NCBI GenBank assembly: GCA_001724265.1
Contig: MEDY01000004.1
Coordinates: 62,001 to 126,000 of the forward strand
Direction: 5' to 3'
DNA length: 64,000 bases
Source of the DNA: Rhizaria sp. SCN 62-66
Lineage: Eukaryota
Every line of letters begins with the position of its first letter. Position 1 is the first letter of the stretch. A program made the translations under genes and the position numbers. The notes below the pieces were generated by a model. The model was not told the DNA's origin and ran no database searches. It worked only from the letters and a program-made list of their open reading frames with translations. Positions 19,457 to 29,803 of the stretch are shown one piece after another.

Positions 19457-22400
19457 TTACTGACGGTCAATACCCTTGTCCTTCTTCCACTGCTCAATTT
19501 CCTTCTTGAAAGCGAGTTGCGGCACGATCTTGTCAAGTGTGAGCGGCACGCGCGTGAAGGGATCCGTGGGGTTGGTCATCAGGTGGCGCTTGAGCAGCCA
19601 GAAGTCGAGCACAGTGCCCGAGGGCAGCTTCACAGGGTGCGTCATCACTTCGTAGAAGCAAATGTCGCGGAACTCGTCGGGCGCCTCATCCAGCACGCGC
19701 TCGCGCTCCGCCGCGCCCGCGCAGAAGCGCTCGATGTAGTCGACCGCGCGCGCCACTTCGCCCGCGCCGCCGCGCACGCCGAGCGTGAGCACGCGGCCGT
19801 CCGCCGAGGGCGCGGGCGCTGCCATGGGGCCCTGTGGGAGGCGGCCGCGCGAGACGAGGATCTGCGCCGCGCGCAGCATCACAGGTGCGGAGAACTTGGT
19901 CTCAGCCTGCAGGAACGACTCGAGGAACGCGGCGCCGCCACGCAGCGTCATGTCCTCGGCCTCCTCCTCCTCAACCAGCTCGCGCACCGCGGCCGACACG
20001 CCGGTCGCGGGCGGCGCGGCGGGCGCACGGGCCAGCGGGGCGACGGCGCCCAGCGTGAGGAAGATGGTGACCATCTGCGCCAGCAGCGTGCCGGGCTTGA
20101 AGTAGTACTTCTTGGGGTCCGCGACGTGCAGTTCGGAGACCTGCTTGCCGACGAGCTTGTCGACATACACGCCGACGACGATGCCGACGCGGCCCACGAA
20201 GTCGCGCCGCAGCAGCGCGCGCGGCGCGCTGGCAGCCACCATCGCAACAAGGCGCACGGCCGCGAGTCCGAAGACGTTGAGAGCGCCAGCGTGGCGCTCC
20301 AGGTCCGCGAGACTCGACTCTTCGGTGTCGCCGCTATCTTCGGGCGCGCCCTCCGCGGCGCCCCCGTCCTCAGGCTCATCGTTGCCGTCGTTGTTCGCAG
20401 CGTCGTCGTCCGCGCCACCCGCGGCGGCGTCAAGGCGCAGCAGGCGGCGGCGCGCACGCTGAGAGTCGCCGCGGCGGCGCACGGGCACTCCGCGGAGCTC
20501 GGCGTCCTGCAGCACCTTGATCTTGGCCAGCACTTGCAGCGCCTCGTCAAGCAGGTAGTGGATGTCGTTGAACAGAACGTGCACGAACTTGTCGAACAGC
20601 GGAAACTCGATCGGCACCTCAGGAGCGCGACCACCAGACTCAGCGACGCGCTCAGCAATGGCGGCAAGACGCGAGTAAGAGATTGCGCGCGAGGACGCGG
20701 CGGCGACGCGCTTGAAGGACCACACGAAGGGGTTCAGCGCCTGCGCAGCCGAGTCCTCCTTGTCGTCGTCAACAAACGCCGACAGGCCCAGGAAGCGGTC
20801 CGACTTGCTTGAGTCAGCCGCGTCAGCGCCAGCAATATTCGAAGCCGCAGCGCGCGTGGGGTCGACGGGCGTCATGCGGTGCGAGTAGGGAATGGCGCGG
20901 CCGCGGGGCACGGCTCCGGCGCGCGCGGCGATACCAACAAGCCCGCGGTCAAGAATCGCACTCAGCACACGCGTGGCGGTGAAACGGAACGTGTACTTGT
21001 CGTAGAAAGCCGTGCGCGAGCCCGTCTCCGCGCGGTCGCACAGGAAAAGCAGCAGCGGCACCAGGTACGACCGCGCCTCGGGCACGATGAAGAACGGGTG
21101 CCGGTCCGGGTCGATGTCGGCGCGAATCAGCTCCTGGTCCTCTTCGGCGCCGCGCTCGGCCGGCAGCTGCGGCACCAGTGCCTCGATAAGCGAGCCGATC
21201 TGCTGCTGCAGGTTCTTGCGCAGCTCAAAGTGGCGCTGCACCAGCGTCGCGCCGCCATCGCCAGCAATCGCTGCGCGCACCACAGCGCTAGGAATGCGCG
21301 CGGCAAGCGCGGCGTCCGCAGCAGAGGAAGTCGCCACCGTGGAGCCAGAAGCGCAAGTCGAGGCGCCAGATGCGGCGGCAGCGGCCTTGGCATATGCAGC
21401 AGCCGCAGCGCCCGCACCAATGGGCGCGAAGCCGACGTGGCCGACGAACGCGGCAAAAGAGGGCGAAGTGAGCAGGCCAGAGAAGCGGATGCAGAAGACG
21501 AGCACGTTGTCGAGCCCGCCATCGTTGATCACACCCGTCAGCGTGGAGTCCTGGTAGCGCTTCAGCAGCGTCACGAGCGCAAAGCAGTCGTCGACGACGT
21601 AGTCGGGCACAGCCGCGAGCGCCGCCAGCGGGGACACCTTGGCGCCGCCGGGCGCGGGCGCGCAAGGCACCTCGGAGTCGGCACATGCGAGCACCCATCC
21701 CAGTGCCCAGTTGTACAGCGCAAGCGCGCGGCGCACGAGCAGCGGATCGAAGAGCGCCATCTTGCGCACGCCGAACGCGCGCGTGAGCATGTCGACCTCG
21801 CGCTCCTGGCGCCGCAGCTCGCGCTCGAGCAGCTCGATGCGCTGCTGCACGGCGTGTGTGCGCGCCTCGGCGGGCGCGTACTCGTTCTGCAGCAGCGCGG
21901 CGCCGCGGGCGAGCACCTCGGCGGGGCCCAGCTCGCGCAGGTGCGCCATCTCCTGGCGGATCTGCGTGACAGTTCTCTCGGCGTTCTGCAGCTGGCGCAA
22001 ACTCATGTCGCCGCCGCGCAGCATCGGCACCAGCGACAGGTGCAGTGCCTCGAGCGACAGTGCCACCAGCTCCGTGCGCAGCGAAAACTCAGGGATGCCC
22101 GTCGGCGGCTCCGCCAGCGTCGGCATCGTGGGCGCGACGGGTGCCGCAGCACCGGCAGCCGCGCCCTCGGCCAGGAAAGCAGCGGCTTCGCGGGAGAAGC
22201 GCTCCTCAGCGGCGCGGGCCTCCGCAGCGGCGGCCATCGCGCTTGAAGCATAGGCCTCGGCCGCAAGGCGCGTCTGGTGGGCGAGCTGCTCCTGCATGGG
22301 GGCCAGATCGGCCTGCGTGCAGAAGAGCCGCTGCTGGCGCAGGTAGCACACGTGGCGCGAGCCCGTGAGCGCGTAGCGCGGCAGCGGGTACGCCAGCGCG

Positions 22401-25400
22401 CCCAGCGTCGTGGAGCCGGGCAGCGCGTCGGCCGCCTCGTCCTCGGGCGCGGTGGCGGGGCCACCGAGGCGCAGCGCGGTCAGCGTCGCAGACGCCGGCA
22501 CGGACGCGGGGCCGCCCACGGGCGAGCCGGGCGCGCCCGGGACTCCAGCGGCGGCGGCAGCAGAAGAGCCAGAGCCCGAGGCGGAACCGGTGCCGGCGGC
22601 GCGCTTGAGCTCAGTGCGCAGCGCGAGGCGCGCGCGGCGAGTGCGCGAGGCCGAGAGCACCGCACGCTCGGTGGGGCGCGCCCAGGGCGAGACCTCGAGC
22701 GAGGCGCGAGCCGCGGAGAGCGTGCAAGGTGGTGGCGCGAAGGGGCCCTCGGCGGCGGACATGGCCGTGTAGGCCAGCGCGGCGGGCGCGGCCACGACGG
22801 CGCCCGGCGCGGGCAGCGCGGGGACGGTCACCAGGTCGCGAGAGGGCCGCGCCAGAAGCTCAGGCAGCGTGGGCATTGAGCTGCGCGCGGGCAGGCCGCC
22901 GGGCAGCGACACGACGCCGCGGCCGCTGGGCGCAGTCACTGCGTAGCTGACGGAGGGGCCAGCAGCGACGCCAGGCAGGTTGCGCAGAGCGGCGCCGAGC
23001 AGACCGCCCGCGCCGGCCGCACCAGCGGCGCCGTCGGGTGCGCCCTCGGAGCCGCGCGAGAAGACGCCCTGCGCGGCAAGCGCGGCGGCGTCACCCGCGG
23101 CAGCGCCCGCACGCACGTAGTCGCTGTGGGCCACGGCAACGGGCTCGTCGTCGTCGCCCGAAGCGAGCGAGCGCGAGATGGCAGCCGTGGCGACAGTGAG
23201 CGCTGAGGTGACGCTGCCCAGCAGGCGCTGCACAGCCTCGGAGGACGGCAGCGGCAGAGAGGGCGGGAGCGGATAGGAGCCGTCGACGTCGTAGCCGTCG
23301 TCCTCACCCTCGGCCTCGCCCTCCTCGTCCTCGCCGTCGATCTCGCTGTCCAGGTCCGTCGAGCGGTCCAGCGCGTCGCCCTCATCCGTGTCCAGCGACG
23401 CCAGCGACTCGAGCTCGGCCATTTCATCCGCCGAGTACCGGTCGGCGCCCAGCCCCAGCTCGCTGGCAGCAGCCGCGGCGGCGGCGGCGCCGTCCTCGCA
23501 GCACACTGCCTTCTCCTCGGGGCCCGGCGCGCGCGCGGCGACAGCGGCGGCCACGGCCTCCGCGCGCGCCTTGACGCGCCACGCCGCGGCGTCGATGATC
23601 TCCTGCGCGTGCGCCGCGGCGACGGCGGCGCTCACGGCGGGATCGGCCCCAGGCGCGGGGACTTCGTCAGCGCGCAGGAAGTACGCGGGGTCCACGCTCG
23701 CGGGCCAGGCAAAGGAGCCGTCGGGGCCCGGGCGCGTGGGCAGCGCGGGCGCGCCCAGCGCGGGCTCCGTCACCGCGAGCAGCACCGAGGCGAGGTTGAG
23801 CACGGTGTGCGCCGAGGGCGCGGCCGAGGTGTCGCCCTGCAGCGCGGCGTGCGGCTTGGCCGTGAAGAGGAACTGCGCGCACCAGTCGAGCACGCGGCGG
23901 CGCGCGCCGCGGTTCTGCGTCTGCATGGCGCGCTTGAGCATGGCGGCCACGGCAGCGTGCACGGCGTGGAAGCTGGCGCGGTAGCGGTCGAATGTGGTGA
24001 CGACTTCGCGCATGTCACGCCCGCGCAGGTTCGCGAACGCAGGGTCGCTGGGCGTCGGCTGCACGATCAGCAACGCCGACAGCAGTGACGCCAGCGCGAA
24101 GGCGCGGCCAGTGCCCATGGCGGCCGAGCCGCGGTGCGGGTATGGCAGCACGGCCGCGGGCTCCTCTTGCAGCGCCGCGAGCGTGCGCGCCAGCGCAAGC
24201 TTGGGGAAGTTGAGCGACGCCAGCGACAGTGACGGCAGCGTCGGCAGCGCGACCGCGCCGAGGCGCAGCTGCGGCAGCGAGAGCGACGACAGTGAGAAGT
24301 TGAGATCTGAGACCGACTGGCCCAGCCTCGCGAACACGCGCTTCGAGAGCTGGGACCAGGACGACACGGGCGGCTCGGCGGGCACCAGAGCGCCAGCAGC
24401 GGCGGGCGCGGGGGGCGCGTCGGCGGCGTCGTCAAGTGCAGCGAGCGACACTGGCACACTGAGCTGGCGAGCGCCACCGGGCTGCACGAGGGGCGCATGC
24501 AGGTTCAGCGCGGGCAGCGCCAGCGACAGCGACGCGAGCGTGAGCTTCGAGTACAGCGCGCGCGGCATCAGCGCCGAGACCAGGCGCGCGACCTGCGATT
24601 GCTGGCCCGGTGCGGCGCTGTCGCCCGCGCTCGAGCCCGCCTTGGCCTCGGACGCAGTGGCAGGCGCGGGCAGTGCGGGCGTCTCGGTAGAAACAGGCGC
24701 GGGCAGCGCAGCAGCGGCGCGGCTGAGATAGAGCGTGGCGAGGTGCGCACGCAGGGCTTCGAGCTGCATGGTGTGGCCGACAGCGGCGGCGTCGGGCAGC
24801 GCAAGCGCGGGCGCCATCGGGGCAAAGGCTGGGTGCGCGAGCACGAGCGGCGCGACGCCGGGCAGCGAGAGCAGACGCGTGAGCACGCGCACGAAGGGCA
24901 TGGTGCCGGGCAGCGAGAGCGGGCGGCGCGAAGACGGCGCGAGCCCCGCCAGCCCGGTGAGCGGCGACACAGGCGCGCCGAGCCCGCGCATAACCTCGGC
25001 GTCGGAGACCTGGGCTGCGAGCGTGAGGCCCAGGCACGACACGAGCGGGTACACCACGCAGCCCAGCGCCACGCTGGTCTCCTCCGCTGCCGAGGCGACG
25101 GCGGCGGAGACGGGCGCGGTGGCCGCGGGGGCGGGGACGAGCTTGCCGGAGCGGCTCTTGTGGCGCACGACCGTTCCCTCCATCGCGGCCTCGGCCTCGG
25201 CGGCGGCCTGCTCGGCGGTCGGCACGGCCGTGCGCTGCAGCGCCATGAGCACGGCCTCGACGAAGCCCAGCGCCGCGCCCAGCGGCTCCACGCGCGGGTG
25301 CGAGAGGAAGCGCACCGTGGGCAGCACCCAACTGGGCGACAACGGCGTCGCCGTGGGCACTACCGTCACTGCGATCGTGGCCGAGCCCTCAACGGGCACG

Positions 25401-28400
25401 GGGCGCACGGGCGCGGCCAGCAGCGCGGCCGGTGGCGGCATGTGCGTCGCCGAGGGGGTCGAGGCCGCGGGCGGCGCGGCCGGCGCGAAGGGATTCGCCA
25501 GCGAGGCCGAGGCCAGCTCGGAGTCCTCGAAGACCATCTGCGCCAGCGCGGGCGCCGTGTCGACGGCCGTGGCGAGCGCGGGCAACAGTGCGTCGCGCGC
25601 CTCGTCGGGCCCCACCACGGCGCCGACCGCGGACGCGTGCGCGGGGCCAATGTGCGCACCCGACGCGAACGGCGCGCCCACCGCGGTGACGCGCTCCCAG
25701 TCGCGCATGCGCCCCAGCAGCACCTCGGCGGCGCGCGCGGGCGTGGCCAGGTGGCCGGCATGCCGCAGCGCAAGCCGCGAGCCCGAGCAGGCGACCGTGG
25801 CGGGCCAAGGCGCGCCCGCGGGCGTCAGCGGCGCCGCGAGCGCGGCCAGAAAGGACGCAAAGCGCGGCGGCACGTGCTCCGCGGGCCGCTGCGCCGCGCC
25901 CGAAGAGTGCGCGTGCGCGGCGACGAGCGCCTGGTGCGAGTGCTCGAGCAGGCAGCGCGCGGCGAAGGCAGCCAGCGCGGCGCCGAGTGCGCCGAGCACG
26001 CGCCCGCACTCGCGGGCGGCCGTGGCGGCGTCAGGGTACGCCGCGCCGGCGCCGGTCTGCGCAGCTTGGCCCGGGTGTGCGCCACGCAGCACGAGGCGCA
26101 TGGCGTCGAAGGCCGGCAGCGCCGCGGGCGCGGGCACGCGCACGGACGGGAGGTCGGGCACGAGCGCGGGAGCGGGCCACACCGGCAGCTCGTCGACGGC
26201 CGCGCCGCCGACAGATCCCGCAGTGGCGGCGCCAGTCGCGGGTGCGATGTAGACGGCGGGCACGGCCACGGGCGCGTTGGCGGCGCTGCCGGTGGCCGAG
26301 AGCGCGGACGCCGCGGCGGAGGGCGCGCGCCGCTGCAGCCCGTCGGCGCCGTCGTCCGAGTCCGAGTCGTTGCCGGTCATGGAGCGCGCGAAGCGGCGCG
26401 CCGCGGCGCTCTTGCGCGCCTTGGCCGCCGCCGCACCGGCAGCGGTGGTCGTACCGGAGCCGGAACTAGCGCCCGAAGCCGCGGGCGACACAGGTGACGC
26501 ACTCAGCGTAGTCTCATTCACACTGGCGCTGGCACTGGCTCCAGCGCTGACGGCGGCCACAGCGCCACCGGGGGACTCGCCGGCGACGAGGGCGTAGAAA
26601 AGCGCGTCGCCGGTGATGGCCTCGAGCGGGAGTGGCTCGGGGCCCCACGCGGCGGCGGCGCCGGCCCACGCCGCGGCTGCGGGCGGCGCGGGCGCGTCCG
26701 CGGAGGCGGCGACGAGCGCAGCGAGCGCGAGCGTGCGGCGGTACGCGCCCGCGAGCAGGTCGATGATGGTGAGCTTCGACTGCGGGCCCAGCGCGGCGTT
26801 GGTGTAGAGCGCGTACGGCAGACGCGGGCGCGCGTGCCCCGCCGAGGGCAGCGGCACGGCCACGGGCGCGGGCGCGGGGCCCGTGGAAGGGGGCTGCATC
26901 ACGGTGACCCATGACGCCGTCGCGCCGACGACGAGCGGCGCCGCGGTGGGGTCCACGCTGCCCGCGCCGGAGGAGCGCGAGCGCAGCACGGGCGGCTGCA
27001 GCGCGGACGACGGGGACCCCGCCGGCTTCTGCTGCTGCTGCTGCTCTTTGTGCTGGCGGAGGCGCTCGAGCAGGTCGCTCTGCACGCGCGGCGCGACGCC
27101 GGTGAAGTTGAAGTAGGCGGTGTGCACGAGCGTGGCCTCGACCAGGCCCTGCGACTGCACGTGCCGCAGCCGCCGCAGCGCGCCCGCGCCCGCGGTCGAC
27201 TCGCTGCGCGCGCGCCCGCTCTCAGTCGCCGCGGCAGCACCCGGGAGCGCGGCAGCGGCGGCAGCGAGCTGCTTGTTGCGCTCGAGGTGCTCGTAATACA
27301 CCGCCAGTGCGGCCTCAGCAGGGTCCGTGGTCGCCAGCGACGCCACCTCGTGCAGCGCCGCCGTGACGTGCTCCAGTGATAACAGCGGGCGCCGCGACGC
27401 GCCGGGAGCGGCCGCGGCAGCGTCGGCGCCGGCGCCGGCGCGCTTCTGCTTCTGAAGCGCGCGCTGGAGGCGGAACTCTGCGACGAGGAACTTGGAGAGT
27501 ACCGGAAGGTACACGTAGCCCGTACGCTGCATCAGCTGGTTGAGGTCCATCGCCACCACGGGCGCAGGCCCGCTGCTGCCGCTGTTGCCGCCGCCGGCGG
27601 CTGCGGCGCCGGAGACCGCGGCGGCGACGGAGATGGGCGCTGCGAGCGGCAGCCCGCCCGGCACGACGGGCAGGGCGCCGTGCGCGGCCGCCAGCAGCGC
27701 AGTCTGCGCGGCGCCCGTGCCGGAGAGAAGCGCGGCGCGCGCGTTGCTGCGCGCGTCGGTGTCGGTGACGACCTGGAGCGCGTGCGCGATGACCTCGTGC
27801 GTCCACTCGGCCAGCAGCGCGGGCCACGCAACCGCCGTCAGCGCGCCCGGGGCGCTGGGCGCCGGCGCGGGGCCGGGTCCGGGTGACTGCGTCGGCGCGG
27901 GCGACGGCGACGGCGACGGGGACGGGCGCGCAGACACGGCGGCGGCGGCGGGCGCGGCAAGGCTGTTGGGGCTGCGCGCGGGCGTGCGGACCGGCGTGAC
28001 GGTCGCCGCAGGCGACGCAGCGGCGGGCGCGGACGCCGCCGTAGTCGCCGCCGCGGGCGTCAGGCGCAGCACGGCCGGGGACGCGGCGGCCGACGGCGCG
28101 GCGGACAGCGCGGCCGCGGGCGAGGGCGCGTTCGAGGTCGTTGGCACAGCGGGCTTGGCGGGCGTCGCAGGGCCCTCAGGGCTCGCAGCACTGGACGCAC
28201 CCGCGCTCGCACCTGCGCCAGCACTGGATGGGTTCGTGTTTTGTGAGGCGGCCATAGTGGCGCGCAGACGGGCAAGTGCTGAGAGCGCGCCGCCCGCGGG
28301 CGCAGCACCGGACTCGTCGCTGCCGAGACTCGCGCCACCGAGACTGGTGCCGGAGCTGAGCGCATTGGACTGCGAGGACTGCGCCGGGGACGGGGCCTGA

Positions 28401-29080
28401 GGCTGCAGGCCGGGGTTGAGCACGCGCCCCGCCGACGGCTGCGAAGGCTGCGAAGGCTCGGCGGCGGCGGGGGTGGTGGCGCTCACGAGGCGGAAGCGGC
28501 GCAGCGGGGCTGCGTCGCCGCTGCTGCCGGTCGCGGCGGGGGCGGCGGGGGCGGCGGGGGCGAGCGCGGGGGAGCCCTGCGCCGAGGGCGGGGCGGACGG
28601 GGCGGGGGTCGACGCGCTGCTGGCACCGGCACCGCTCACGGCAGTGGGGGCAGCAGAGGGGGCGGCTGCGGCGGCAGTAGAGGGGCGGGGCTCAGCAGGC
28701 GCAGAGGCAGGGGCCGAGGGCGCGGAAGGCGCAAGCGAGACAGGGCCCGTAACGCTGGACTGCGCAGACGCAGGCGCAGGCGCGGCAGTGGCGGTGGAGT
28801 CAGTTGTGGAGGCGGCGCCGGCCGAAGCGGCGGCGGAGGGCGCGAGGCGGGAGAGCGCGGCCAGACGGCGCTGGCGGAGCTCTTCTTGAGACAGCATGGT
28901 CGCGGGAGACCCGGTCGAGGCGGGCGCGGGCGCAGGCGCGGGTACGGCGGGCTCGGGCGAGGCGGGACGCAGGAAGCGAAGAACGCGCGAGCAGCAGTTG
29001 GGACGCAGTGGGGGCGTGCCAGGAGTCGGGTCAGCGGGATCGGTGTCGGGAATCGAACCTTTCTCGGGGTGATCACTCAT
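19457..29080 (-). CDS. UFD2: Ubiquitin conjugation factor E4 (Ufd2/UBE4, U-box), about 3200 aa
   Basis: N-terminal SQEELRQRRLAAL. Ufd2 core: FSLRTELVALSL, AAVPDYVVDD, FYDKYTFR, FVHVLFNDIHYLLDEAL, LHVADPKKYYFKPGTLL. C-terminal U-box: EAPDEFRDICFYEVMTHPVKLPSG...RHLMTNPTDPFTRVPLTLDKIVPQLAFKKEIEQW. Start is ATG 29080 or 28897; stop TAA. Confidence 0.92.
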   Translation of the reverse strand: MSDHPEKGSIPDTDPADPTPGTPPLRPNCCSRVLRFLRPASPEPAVPAPAPAPASTGSPATMLSQEELRQRRLAALSRLAPSAAASAGAASTTDSTATAAPAPASAQSSVTGPVSLAPSAPSAPASAPAEPRPSTAAAAAPSAAPTAVSGAGASSASTPAPSAPPSAQGSPALAPAAPAAPAATGSSGDAAPLRRFRLVSATTPAAAEPSQPSQPSAGRVLNPGLQPQAPSPAQSSQSNALSSGTSLGGASLGSDESGAAPAGGALSALARLRATMAASQNTNPSSAGAGASAGASSAASPEGPATPAKPAVPTTSNAPSPAAALSAAPSAAASPAVLRLTPAAATTAASAPAAASPAATVTPVRTPARSPNSLAAPAAAAVSARPSPSPSPSPAPTQSPGPGPAPAPSAPGALTAVAWPALLAEWTHEVIAHALQVVTDTDARSNARAALLSGTGAAQTALLAAAHGALPVVPGGLPLAAPISVAAAVSGAAAAGGGNSGSSGPAPVVAMDLNQLMQRTGYVYLPVLSKFLVAEFRLQRALQKQKRAGAGADAAAAAPGASRRPLLSLEHVTAALHEVASLATTDPAEAALAVYYEHLERNKQLAAAAAALPGAAAATESGRARSESTAGAGALRRLRHVQSQGLVEATLVHTAYFNFTGVAPRVQSDLLERLRQHKEQQQQQKPAGSPSSALQPPVLRSRSSGAGSVDPTAAPLVVGATASWVTVMQPPSTGPAPAPVAVPLPSAGHARPRLPYALYTNAALGPQSKLTIIDLLAGAYRRTLALAALVAASADAPAPPAAAAWAGAAAAWGPEPLPLEAITGDALFYALVAGESPGGAVAAVSAGASASASVNETTLSASPVSPAASGASSGSGTTTAAGAAAAKARKSAAARRFARSMTGNDSDSDDGADGLQRRAPSAAASALSATGSAANAPVAVPAVYIAPATGAATAGSVGGAAVDELPVWPAPALVPDLPSVRVPAPAALPAFDAMRLVLRGAHPGQAAQTGAGAAYPDAATAARECGRVLGALGAALAAFAARCLLEHSHQALVAAHAHSSGAAQRPAEHVPPRFASFLAALAAPLTPAGAPWPATVACSGSRLALRHAGHLATPARAAEVLLGRMRDWERVTAVGAPFASGAHIGPAHASAVGAVVGPDEARDALLPALATAVDTAPALAQMVFEDSELASASLANPFAPAAPPAASTPSATHMPPPAALLAAPVRPVPVEGSATIAVTVVPTATPLSPSWVLPTVRFLSHPRVEPLGAALGFVEAVLMALQRTAVPTAEQAAAEAEAAMEGTVVRHKSRSGKLVPAPAATAPVSAAVASAAEETSVALGCVVYPLVSCLGLTLAAQVSDAEVMRGLGAPVSPLTGLAGLAPSSRRPLSLPGTMPFVRVLTRLLSLPGVAPLVLAHPAFAPMAPALALPDAAAVGHTMQLEALRAHLATLYLSRAAAALPAPVSTETPALPAPATASEAKAGSSAGDSAAPGQQSQVARLVSALMPRALYSKLTLASLSLALPALNLHAPLVQPGGARQLSVPVSLAALDDAADAPPAPAAAGALVPAEPPVSSWSQLSKRVFARLGQSVSDLNFSLSSLSLPQLRLGAVALPTLPSLSLASLNFPKLALARTLAALQEEPAAVLPYPHRGSAAMGTGRAFALASLLSALLIVQPTPSDPAFANLRGRDMREVVTTFDRYRASFHAVHAAVAAMLKRAMQTQNRGARRRVLDWCAQFLFTAKPHAALQGDTSAAPSAHTVLNLASVLLAVTEPALGAPALPTRPGPDGSFAWPASVDPAYFLRADEVPAPGADPAVSAAVAAAHAQEIIDAAAWRVKARAEAVAAAVAARAPGPEEKAVCCEDGAAAAAAAASELGLGADRYSADEMAELESLASLDTDEGDALDRSTDLDSEIDGEDEEGEAEGEDDGYDVDGSYPLPPSLPLPSSEAVQRLLGSVTSALTVATAAISRSLASGDDDEPVAVAHSDYVRAGAAAGDAAALAAQGVFSRGSEGAPDGAAGAAGAGGLLGAALRNLPGVAAGPSVSYAVTAPSGRGVVSLPGGLPARSSMPTLPELLARPSRDLVTVPALPAPGAVVAAPAALAYTAMSAAEGPFAPPPCTLSAARASLEVSPWARPTERAVLSASRTRRARLALRTELKRAAGTGSASGSGSSAAAAAGVPGAPGSPVGGPASVPASATLTALRLGGPATAPEDEAADALPGSTTLGALAYPLPRYALTGSRHVCYLRQQRLFCTQADLAPMQEQLAHQTRLAAEAYASSAMAAAAEARAAEERFSREAAAFLAEGAAAGAAAPVAPTMPTLAEPPTGIPEFSLRTELVALSLEALHLSLVPMLRGGDMSLRQLQNAERTVTQIRQEMAHLRELGPAEVLARGAALLQNEYAPAEARTHAVQQRIELLERELRRQEREVDMLTRAFGVRKMALFDPLLVRRALALYNWALGWVLACADSEVPCAPAPGGAKVSPLAALAAVPDYVVDDCFALVTLLKRYQDSTLTGVINDGGLDNVLVFCIRFSGLLTSPSFAAFVGHVGFAPIGAGAAAAAYAKAAAAASGASTCASGSTVATSSAADAALAARIPSAVVRAAIAGDGGATLVQRHFELRKNLQQQIGSLIEALVPQLPAERGAEEDQELIRADIDPDRHPFFIVPEARSYLVPLLLFLCDRAETGSRTAFYDKYTFRFTATRVLSAILDRGLVGIAARAGAVPRGRAIPYSHRMTPVDPTRAAASNIAGADAADSSKSDRFLGLSAFVDDDKEDSAAQALNPFVWSFKRVAAASSRAISYSRLAAIAERVAESGGRAPEVPIEFPLFDKFVHVLFNDIHYLLDEALQVLAKIKVLQDAELRGVPVRRRGDSQRARRRLLRLDAAAGGADDDAANNDGNDEPEDGGAAEGAPEDSGDTEESSLADLERHAGALNVFGLAAVRLVAMVAASAPRALLRRDFVGRVGIVVGVYVDKLVGKQVSELHVADPKKYYFKPGTLLAQMVTIFLTLGAVAPLARAPAAPPATGVSAAVRELVEEEEAEDMTLRGGAAFLESFLQAETKFSAPVMLRAAQILVSRGRLPQGPMAAPAPSADGRVLTLGVRGGAGEVARAVDYIERFCAGAAERERVLDEAPDEFRDICFYEVMTHPVKLPSGTVLDFWLLKRHLMTNPTDPFTRVPLTLDKIVPQLAFKKEIEQWKKDKGIDRQ

Positions 29081-29803
29081 ACAAGAGTGAAGAAAGACAA
29101 GTTCTTGCAAACACCAACTGGCCAATCTTCTTAATGAAAACTGGTGTCAGTCAGAGACGCTTGCTGGAAAGCAGGAGGATAAGAGGCAAACGCAGAAAGC
29201 AAGATGAGTCACCATAACCAAAGCCGAGAGTCATTAGAGAAAATTCGCCTGTAGAGGTACAGAACGCAGGAAACCCAATTCATGAAGTTGAAACTGAATA
29301 CAAAACTACAAGTTTTGTTGGCATAGGAAGAAATAAAAGCAAAAACGAGCATCTCAGTACAGAACCTGCAGCCAAAGGAGCATGAGGGATCGAGAAGACA
29401 ACGAGGCTCGAGAGCCATGATTCGGACAAGATACCAGGGCCACAGGAGCTTGTGTTACAATATGCCAAAAACATGTTAGACACAATAAAACGTGAATGTC
29501 AACAAACATCTTGTATATCGTCATAACATCGTCCCAAACACGCATAACCATGACTTTCGGATCCGATGTCGCCCGTGCATCATCAGCATTGCTACAGCAA
29601 AACATTTTTCGACCCCGTCGGCAGTGTCACTTACGACAACTTTGAGAGCGCATATCAGTGCCGTGATGGTGGGAACATGTTAAAATCTTTGTATATGTTA
29701 CTATTCATACAGAAGAAAAACGTGTGGTGTGGTACTATTTAATCAGAAACTTAACTTTGTAGTCGTATCTGCGCCGCCCGAAGAGTCGTGTCACTGGGTG
29801 TAA

